Positions 1 through 6,605 of a stretch of 8,836 bases of DNA are shown here, in pieces (the first letter of the stretch is position 1; each line of letters opens with the position of its first letter). The DNA comes from Amoeboradix gromovi X-113. Lineage: Eukaryota; Fungi; Sanchytriomycota. A program made the position numbers and the translations under genes. The notes beneath the pieces are model-generated. The model ran no database searches. It had not been told where the DNA came from and saw only the letters and a list, made by a program, of their open reading frames with translations. The stretch covers positions 1-8,836 of the forward strand of contig JADGIF010000425.1 of assembly GCA_018985225.1 (NCBI GenBank), written 5' to 3'.

Positions 1-128
1 GCCTGATTAGCATCCACTAGTACTGTTTTGTATTTTGGTAAAGACACTCTAGCAATGCCACCGCCCATTTGGCCTGCACCTAAAATGCCTACGCTTTTGA
101 AAGAGAGCATTCGAGACAAGTTGCTCAT
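1..128 (-). CDS. 3-hydroxyacyl-CoA / 3-hydroxybutyryl-CoA dehydrogenase, N-terminal fragment running off the left edge
   Basis: Hand translation from ATG 128 (alternative in-frame ATG 110): MSNLSRMLSFKSVGILGAGQMGGGIARVSLPKYKTVLVDANQ. The GxGxMGxGIA NAD-binding motif followed by a beta strand ending in Asp is typical of the 3HCDH_N family. In-frame TGA upstream at 158-156. Not in the ORF track. Confidence 0.85.
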   Translation of the reverse strand, partial: MSNLSRMLSFKSVGILGAGQMGGGIARVSLPKYKTVLVDANQ

Positions 129-732
129 ACCGGAGAGTAAAAGGAGATGACAAAATCAAAAGGAGGCCCAAAACTATGTTATTCAAAGTTTAACATAGTC
201 TCTCACTAAAGCTAAAATCATCACTAAGCTAGCAACTCAGAGAATGTATATTTGCGTTGTTGAGAATTTTTCTTGGAGAGGTTTTGGCCTGAAATCGTGA
301 TGTACTATGAAAGAGAGAAAAAAGGGAAATATGAGAAAATAAGAAGAGAATCACTCATTATGCTGATAGCAAGTACAAGTGCAGTAGAAATACCATTCCA
401 GATTCTCGAACAACATGTATACTAGTGCAATGATATTGGTGCTTCTGAGTACTGTACTGAATATCCAAATGGTGCCTTAGCTTTATCGGAATGACGGCAA
501 TTATAATAGGATTTAGCGATCTCATAGAGGTATAAGGTTATACCGTCATGGATTGAGATGCGTTTTAGAGCAGTGTTCAGGTCGCAAGAAGTCTACTCAG
601 TTCTAGCGTAACCACTGTATAGGTGTTAAAATGCGAAAAAATCTAACTGAGTAAATCCATTTATTTGAGATTTTTTTGAAAGCTTGTCTAGTGAACACAA
701 AACAATTAGGTTTACACCGCTGAAGATTTAAA

Positions 733-900
733 ATGTCAAATCCTTAAGTGGTTTGACATCTTACCTCTCCAACGTAGACCTTGCTCATGTCTGCGTTAAG
801 TGCGTGAATCGTGGTCTTTGACCACGACGCGGTTAACAAGCGCACTCCCCCGTCCGTGCCGTACGGCAGTCTCCTTTTAGTGTTCTAAGCGATCGGGCAT
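733..900. ncRNA. Unidentified structured RNA candidate (four consecutive stem-loops)
   Basis: GC-rich island in AT-rich flanks with no credible ORF. Stems: 733-742/750-759, 771-779/789-797, 799-804/841-846 enclosing 809-816/820-827, and the palindrome 857-868. Family not recognised. Confidence 0.6.
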
Positions 901-970
901 TTTATTTAATTGCAGAGAAAAGTAATTGATGTTTTAAATCTTGAACGGTTTAGAAGATAAAATAATTTTA

Positions 971-2209
971 TTATTTATGAGAAACAAATTTCTTTACATC
1001 ATATAAATACTTTTCTGGAACACCCAATTGCTCTAGACTTTGCACTTTTTTATGCTTTAAGTGATCAATAATAAGCTGCTTAGACTTAATTTCGTCATTA
1101 AAGTGAGTCCACTCCGACTGAAATTTTATGGCGTCTTCCTTCTTGATCTTTCTCTTTTCATCTATCTGGCCTTTTATGTCCGTCAAAAACTGGTCCAACT
1201 CTTTCTTCTTTAACACCTGTGCAGTCTTCATTTTTTCATCAACAAGCAACTGTTTCGATAAAATTTCATTATGTTGTTTTTGAGCAACAGCTAGTTCAAG
1301 TTTTAGGTTTGATTCCTTAATCTGCTTTAGCTTAATCCTTTCTTTTATAAGATTTTCTCTATTTGCTTGAGAAGTTTCCTTCTTTTTTGATTCTTCGGCC
1401 CTACATTTCAACTCGTAATCATACGCTGCCTTCAGCGCTAAAACCTCGTCTTTGTTGTTTTTCTTCTCTGATGATTTCTTATGGGTCACCAATGTTGAAG
1501 CATATGCTTTTTCTCTCAAATAGAGTTCTTTTTTCTTCTTTTGCTCAGCTTCCAACTCTTTTTCAATCTTTTCCATCGTATACTTTAGCATATTTTTATC
1601 AGCTTCTAATTCAAAAGTTTTCTCATCCTTTCTTCTCTCCGATGCTTTTCTGTTACTCTCGATAATGACGTTGATGTATTCTTTTTTCTTGATTCTGTTT
1701 AAAGCCTTGACAGTTTCTTCTTGCAAGGCTAACTTTTGAAATTCCTCAAGTTGCTTTTTTGATTCCACTTCTTGAATGATTCTCTTGCTCTCCTTGGCTA
1801 TCTTCTTCTCCGCAATTTGGCTTCGTATGTTGTTAGCATTATCAGTCTTCTTTTTCTTTTCTATCAATATCTGAACGTCTTGTCTCTGTATCGTCTCCAA
1901 TCTTGCCATATCCACTTCATTATCCATCCTGATGTCATATAATTCCAGCTCTTTTTGTTTTGACTTCTTCTCCAAAAGTTGCTTGTCCCTAACAGCTGCG
2001 CACTTGGCCTGGTTTATTAGTATATTTAAAGCTCTAATCTCATCCTGATCTTCCAAGTATGGCTCCAATTTTTCCTTTTCAAATTGAGGAATCTCTTCTA
2101 CATATGGATGGTTTTGGATCTGCACTACCAATTCTTCATTTTCTTCTTTGACTTCGTGCAAACAGTCGGCCTTTATGAGTTCGCGAAGTCTTGAAGCCTG
2201 AATCAACAT
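971..2209 (-). CDS. CFAP45: Cilia- and flagella-associated protein 45 (TPH-domain coiled-coil microtubule inner protein)
   Basis: 412-aa K/E-rich coiled coil. LNILINQAKCAAVRDKQLLEKK matches the CFAP45 signature (IILNAKCHAIRDAQILEK), and the C-terminal KKVQSLEQLGVPEKY matches KKLEELRATGLPEKY. Confidence 0.88.
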   Translation of the reverse strand: MLIQASRLRELIKADCLHEVKEENEELVVQIQNHPYVEEIPQFEKEKLEPYLEDQDEIRALNILINQAKCAAVRDKQLLEKKSKQKELELYDIRMDNEVDMARLETIQRQDVQILIEKKKKTDNANNIRSQIAEKKIAKESKRIIQEVESKKQLEEFQKLALQEETVKALNRIKKKEYINVIIESNRKASERRKDEKTFELEADKNMLKYTMEKIEKELEAEQKKKKELYLREKAYASTLVTHKKSSEKKNNKDEVLALKAAYDYELKCRAEESKKKETSQANRENLIKERIKLKQIKESNLKLELAVAQKQHNEILSKQLLVDEKMKTAQVLKKKELDQFLTDIKGQIDEKRKIKKEDAIKFQSEWTHFNDEIKSKQLIIDHLKHKKVQSLEQLGVPEKYLYDVKKFVSHK

Positions 2210-2253
2210 GATGACCTAAAAAAAGTAATTTTTTATTTAATTTGTATTATTTA

Positions 2254-3241
2254 TTACAAGAAGAATGTCCATATTCCAGTCAACAGTGCAAAAACACTCA
2301 TAAAATAGACTTTTCTTCGCTTTCCACCCTTAGTGACCTGAACATCTTGTGTGGCAAACATAATCGGTCTCAATGCCCTCAACTATATTAGCTTAAAATA
2401 CACTAAAAAATGCCATAGCTATGCACACATATGTCCTAGTTACGAAGCCAATAGACCCCAAGTTAAACAAATCTACAAAGGTATTCAATGCACCCCCGAC
2501 AAACATATAACCTATCAAGGCTATCAAATCCATCCATGCGATAAATGATCCCACGTTATTAAGATATAAAAATAGTGACAAAACCAGTATTTGGACAATA
2601 TAGATGAGCAAAGCAAATGACGCAGTCAACCCAAATACATCTGGGCTAAAAGTTTTCTTTCTTTCTGCGTCATTTATACCAACTAGGCCTGTTTTTAATC
2701 CTACCAGCATAATATAAGTCAAAATTGACATTAAAGGAATGTACGCGTCAAATTCAGTCCCAGACTTGCGATCTACGTTTTTTATTAGTTGCTTGAAAGG
2801 AAATAATATATTTATAAGTCGGAATAGCACATATTGATGGTCTACTTTGAAGTATATTCTCAGGTAGTCTATGTACTTTGACTGGCTCTGAATGTACTGA
2901 TTAGAAGCATTAAAAGCAGTTTGAAATGTGTTGATACCGGCAGCAATCGGGATGTTATTGAAAGACGCAAACGGATCCGGTTGGGACTGCTGTGGATTAT
3001 ATTGCTGCTGAAATTGCTGAGAATCAACAGGGTGGCCATGAGTCGGATTGTATTGCTGTTGATTAATCTCTGGAGAGCCCTGATATTGCTGCTGATGTTG
3101 CTCTTGGTAATAAGGTTGTGGAAATGGTTCTTGATACTGGGCTTGATTAGGAACTGGCATTGCTAATGGAGGGCTTGAAGAATTTACTGGATTGGTTTGC
3201 GGCTTCCCTTGCTTCGGAGCATATGGTTGTTGGTATGACAT
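2254..3241 (-). CDS. YIF1: Yif1/Hrf1 ER-Golgi transport membrane protein; two exons 3241-2402 and 2382-2254, 322 aa
   Basis: Motifs LRIYFKVDHQYVLFRLINILFPF, DAYIPLMSILTY, FSPDVFG and DLIALIGYMFV after a Q/P-rich N-terminus. The ORF-track product stops early at MAFFSVF*. Removing 2401-2383 gives MAFFS-LRALRPIMFATQDVQVTKGGKRRKVYFMSVFALLTGIWTFFL*, the expected FFxxRxLR...(R/K)xxYF plus final TM helix. Confidence 0.9.
2383..2401 (-). other. 19-nt spliceosomal intron in YIF1 (GTATTTTAAGCTAATATAG)
   Basis: GT...AG ends, branch-like GCTAAT ending 4 nt before the 3' end, phase 0, contains the in-frame TAA. Removal restores the conserved C-terminal frame. Confidence 0.82.
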
Positions 3242-4032
3242 GAAATAATCGAAAGTTTCAAAAAATTATAGTTATCAGTGCTAGGACAACACTTTCGAAA
3301 GGCCTGCATTATTTTGAATTAGATTTGAAGGAGCATAGCAATATGAGCAGTTATGCTCCGTTTTTAAAGGCTTTCAATATACAAAAAAGCATCTGTAAGC
3401 AAATAACATTAAGCGGGATAGCAGTGTAAAAACAAGATTAATAATATATGCAATAGTAATAGATATTCATAACCTAAAGAGTAGGCTAAATAAGTTTTCT
3501 TTCATTTATTTCCTGCCAGCTTGGCCGTTCACGATTTGCCAGCAGGTTTTCCGTGGCTAAAAGATTGTTGTAGCACGCATTCATATCTCCATCCAGGCCT
3601 ACATAATAGCGGGTTCATTTGCATAATCGTTGTCTTTTTTAATTTATGCTCTCATAGTGGCCATATCAGCTATAGCTTGATGTGTTACCAATGTTGGTTC
3701 AGAGTATAAAGGCCAGGTGGTTATCAGGACGATTTGAAGGTTCTTTAGAAAGTTTATTAGTTCTTGCATATCATACCCGGGCACGCTACTCGCTTTCACA
3801 GCTGATCCTCCCGACAAGACTATTTAATTGAGTTAATTTTTTAGAGTTGAATGGTGCTGGGGTTATGGTTAGTTAATATTTTGTAGTACAGTTCAGGAAA
3901 AATTTTATGGTTTGGAAATCTAAGAGCTACTTAATCTTCTCTTTTGAAAATGTCCTTTTCCGCATTCTAGGTAGGGTTTCCTAGAAGATGAAAACTGCTG
4001 CCTTAGCCTTCCTGAAACAATTTCAATAAAGA

Positions 4033-4587
4033 ATGGAAAATTCTTTCCAGTTTGAGAAGAGTTATGCGGAACTTGACGATTACCTATTTATAACTGCAAT
4101 GATAGTGTGTCTTGTACCAGCTATAACCTGTTTGTATTTCTATCTATCTGAGTATTTTGACAAAGAACCATCAAATTCGTTATTTTATTTGAAGAGAGTA
4201 AACCTAGGGCTGCTTTTACTTCACACAATTCTTCTTTTTACATCACTCCCCAAAATCAACCTTCTTGTTGGTATGATAAATTACGCATTATACCTCGCTT
4301 TAAATGTTAAAAGAAACGAGCCGAAGTACTACATACACTCTTCAGTATTTAACTTTAAAGCCCTCTTTCCATCAAGCAGAATGAATCAAATATATATATT
4401 CAATACTGGTGTGGTATTGCTTCACTACATTTTGTGGAGCCCGTTTATGCTAAGATTTAGTTTTGTTTTATATGTATTCTTTATGGTCTTTTTTTATCCA
4501 ACAATGGATCTTTTCTACCAAATTAGATCTACTAAAACTTTACCCATTTTCAACAAGCAAGTCACAGTACGATTTAAGGCCGATTAA
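4033..4587 (+). CDS. TEX261: TEX261/Svp26 (Erv26 family) COPII adaptor membrane protein, divergent
   Basis: 184 aa with several hydrophobic segments. YFYLSEYFDK resembles LYYLAELIEE, LPKINLLVG resembles FPxxxxxVG, GVVLLHYILW resembles GLVVVNHYLAF, and FFMVFFYP...KTLP resembles FCLWIIP...NVLP. Confidence 0.7.
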   Translation: MENSFQFEKSYAELDDYLFITAMIVCLVPAITCLYFYLSEYFDKEPSNSLFYLKRVNLGLLLLHTILLFTSLPKINLLVGMINYALYLALNVKRNEPKYYIHSSVFNFKALFPSSRMNQIYIFNTGVVLLHYILWSPFMLRFSFVLYVFFMVFFYPTMDLFYQIRSTKTLPIFNKQVTVRFKAD

Positions 4588-4639
4588 TAAATATTGATTT
4601 ATGTTATCATTTTTACTTTACTCAGGTTCAAGGCAATAA

Positions 4640-4699
4640 ATGCAACTTGAAATATCATCATATCCAGATCTCCTGCCAATATCGTTCCCCGTCAGCTGA
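4640..4699 (+). promoter_or_regulatory. Candidate upstream ORF (MQLEISSYPDLLPISFPVS*) in the kinase leader
   Basis: ATG at 4640 in an AATAA-ATG context, TGA at 4697-4699, ending 61 nt before the kinase ATG at 4761. It is unknown whether this lies within the transcript. Confidence 0.3.
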
Positions 4700-4760
4700 T
4701 TACTTCCTTGGCGTTCTTTTAGGCCTTTTTTATAATACTCGGGGTGAGAATCAAATTCAA

Positions 4761-6212
4761 ATGTTATTCACTGAATCAAATCAGGATTTTAGCCCTTTTA
4801 ACCTAGTACATACACCAATTCTTATATTGAAGCACAATTCAATTGTCTTTGCTAACCAAGAGGCCCTTGCTGTCTTCAAAAGTTTAAAAACCATTTTAGA
4901 TCTATTTCCTCAGAGGCTCGTCGATAAAAAAACATACCACATCTTCATAGATAAGAGAGAGATTCATGCTAAGTGTGAGTTGTCTGTTATGTCCAAATCT
5001 CTTGTTTTGGCGACGTTGACTATAATGAATTGTGGCTCACAGTCTCGCTATAAATCCGAATATCAAGAAATTTGCAAGTTAGGCAAAGGTGCTTTTGGAT
5101 ATGTTACTAAAGTCAAGCACCTATTGGACCATCAGATATACGCAGTTAAGAAAATCAGAGTATCCTTGAAAAGGAACCATCCAAGCTTTTCATTAACCGA
5201 AGACGCATTAACAATGGAGAATGATATTCTCAAGGAAGTTGTGCTGTTTGCAAAGATATCACATCATCCAAATGTTATAAGATATTATTCCGCGTGGCTA
5301 GAACCCAAAATCAAAGATAATTATACTCATGTACTTTGTATCCAAATGGACTACCCTGGAGATACTTTGCGAATGTGGATGGATGACCGCACCAGAATCG
5401 ATGAATCTCAAAATACCCACATCTTCCACCAGATTTGCACAGGACTGTATCACATTCATTCCTTTGAAATAGTCCATAAAGACTTATCTCCCAGCAACAT
5501 TTTTATTGAGGTACTATCCCATCACATTTATATCGGGGATTTCGGTTTGAGCGAACACGTTGACTTGCTTATCAAAAAATCATTAGTTAACACTCATGGC
5601 ACTCCAACATACGCATCACCGGAAATAATGGGTAAGTCACAGTTTAAGATAGGCAAATATGCTGATTGCTATTCTCTAGGGATCATTTTATTTGAACTTT
5701 ACAATTTGTTTAATACCAACATGGAGCGAGCAATTGCTATATCCAACTTAAAAAAGGGCATATTTGATGATGGGTTTTTAGCTAGCTATCCTGTAATTGC
5801 TAGCATTATTAAAAATTTACTAAATTACAGACCTGAAGAGAGATATACGCCATGTGATTTATTACAGCTGCCAGAATTCAAACCGAAAAACAGTGACCAA
5901 GAATATCCACATTCTTGGAGTGGGATTGGAGGCGATTGTATGTCATCCTTGTCAACTGGTCAATTTACACAGTCATATGCGAGTAGCCCGCAATCTATGC
6001 AAGGTAAGACTGAGATGTTCAGAAAGTACTTGACTACAGTATTTGACACAGTTAATAAAGCAAATGAAGAAGAAAAAGCACACTCGGTAGATGTTGTAGC
6101 AGCGATGGCTGAGGACCTGTTTACTATTGACTTACATAGAGATGCAAGCACAACACCAGTTAGTGACATTAATGGTGAAAATGACGGTGGGCTTATGTTT
6201 GAACTTCAATAA
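4761..6212 (+). CDS. eIF2-alpha kinase family (HRI/PERK/GCN2/PKR-like) Ser/Thr kinase with N-terminal PAS-like domain, 483 aa
   Basis: SRYKSEY..LGKGAFGYV, YAVKKI, HPNVIRYYSAWLE, LCIQM, IGDFGL, GTPTYASPE, DCYSLGIILFEL and FNTNMER are eIF2-alpha kinase hallmarks. The ORF track starts at TTG 4647; the first in-frame ATG is 4761. Confidence 0.88.
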   Translation: MLFTESNQDFSPFNLVHTPILILKHNSIVFANQEALAVFKSLKTILDLFPQRLVDKKTYHIFIDKREIHAKCELSVMSKSLVLATLTIMNCGSQSRYKSEYQEICKLGKGAFGYVTKVKHLLDHQIYAVKKIRVSLKRNHPSFSLTEDALTMENDILKEVVLFAKISHHPNVIRYYSAWLEPKIKDNYTHVLCIQMDYPGDTLRMWMDDRTRIDESQNTHIFHQICTGLYHIHSFEIVHKDLSPSNIFIEVLSHHIYIGDFGLSEHVDLLIKKSLVNTHGTPTYASPEIMGKSQFKIGKYADCYSLGIILFELYNLFNTNMERAIAISNLKKGIFDDGFLASYPVIASIIKNLLNYRPEERYTPCDLLQLPEFKPKNSDQEYPHSWSGIGGDCMSSLSTGQFTQSYASSPQSMQGKTEMFRKYLTTVFDTVNKANEEEKAHSVDVVAAMAEDLFTIDLHRDASTTPVSDINGENDGGLMFELQ

Positions 6213-6253
6213 ATTTGAATTTTTATTTTTGCTAGGCCGCTTTACTCACAAAA

Positions 6254-6547
6254 ATGAATCCTTCGACTGAGGTTAAAAACTTATTTCCATTGGTTGTTAA
6301 GAGTACATTTAGTGCAGATTGCGAGATGGAAACTTCAGAGAACATTTCTACATATATGGAGAAAAACGGACTGAACTATCATGAATCAGCAAAGTCAATT
6401 AAAGACTTTTTAGATAAGAGATTTGGAGGATTTCATCAAGTTATAATTGGAGAGTCATTTGGATTTAATATAGCGCATGATAGTGGAAATCTAATGCATA
6501 CTAACTTTGGAAATGCTTCTATATTGATTTGGAAGAAACAAAATTGA
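6254..6547 (+). CDS. DNAL4: Axonemal dynein light chain 4 (LC8 family, DNAL4/LC10 type)
   Basis: 97 aa. FPLV, AKSIKDFLDKRFG, VIIGESFGFNIAH and ILIWK follow the DNAL4 pattern (FPLV, AKMIKETMDKKFG, VVIGEGFGFEITH, VWK) rather than cytoplasmic LC8. Confidence 0.82.
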   Translation: MNPSTEVKNLFPLVVKSTFSADCEMETSENISTYMEKNGLNYHESAKSIKDFLDKRFGGFHQVIIGESFGFNIAHDSGNLMHTNFGNASILIWKKQN

Positions 6548-6605
6548 ATAAACTCTCTGTCATAATTTTGTAAAAGGATGCTAAATAACATAAGAATTCA
6601 ATTTA

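Noticed and set aside
230-590. Minus-strand frame interrupted only by TAG codons, hinting at TAG reassignment
   Set aside because: Conserved and Gln-rich genes here contain no in-frame TAG or TAA, TMEM249 ends at TAG shortly after its conserved C-terminal motif, and the read-through peptide resembles nothing I recognise.
765-788. Minus-strand MSKVYVGE followed by GTAAG, resembling the start of an SR/RRM protein
   Set aside because: The downstream acceptors I tried do not continue into an RRM and soon reach stops; the region is better explained as structured RNA.
828-845. GCGGTTAACAAGCGC resembling the twister ribozyme P4/L4
   Set aside because: The remaining twister core (UAA..GC and GYAGAG with their pseudoknot pairings) is not present in the correct arrangement.
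864-900. Short similarities to 5S rRNA (GCCCGATC) and 16S rRNA (AAGGAGACTGCCG) on the minus strand
   Set aside because: The matches do not extend and the spacing is wrong.
1363-1665. 100-aa plus-strand ORF
   Set aside because: Antisense shadow of CFAP45 with a non-ATG start.
2351-3166. Plus-strand ORFs 2351-2548 and 2921-3166
   Set aside because: Antisense to YIF1, GTG/TTG starts, no recognisable motifs.
3521-3709. 62-aa plus-strand ORF
   Set aside because: TTG start in a eukaryote, short, no motif.
4306-4370. Possible intron explaining the insertion in TEX261
   Set aside because: The GT-AG options I tested (16, 20, 35 and 55 nt) all frameshift, and the frame is open without splicing.
4647-4760. 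N-terminal extension of the kinase from TTG 4647
   Set aside because: Non-ATG start; ATG 4761 has an A-rich context and directly precedes the PAS-like domain.
5960-6169. 69-aa minus-strand ORF
   Set aside because: Antisense to the kinase C-terminal tail, no motif.
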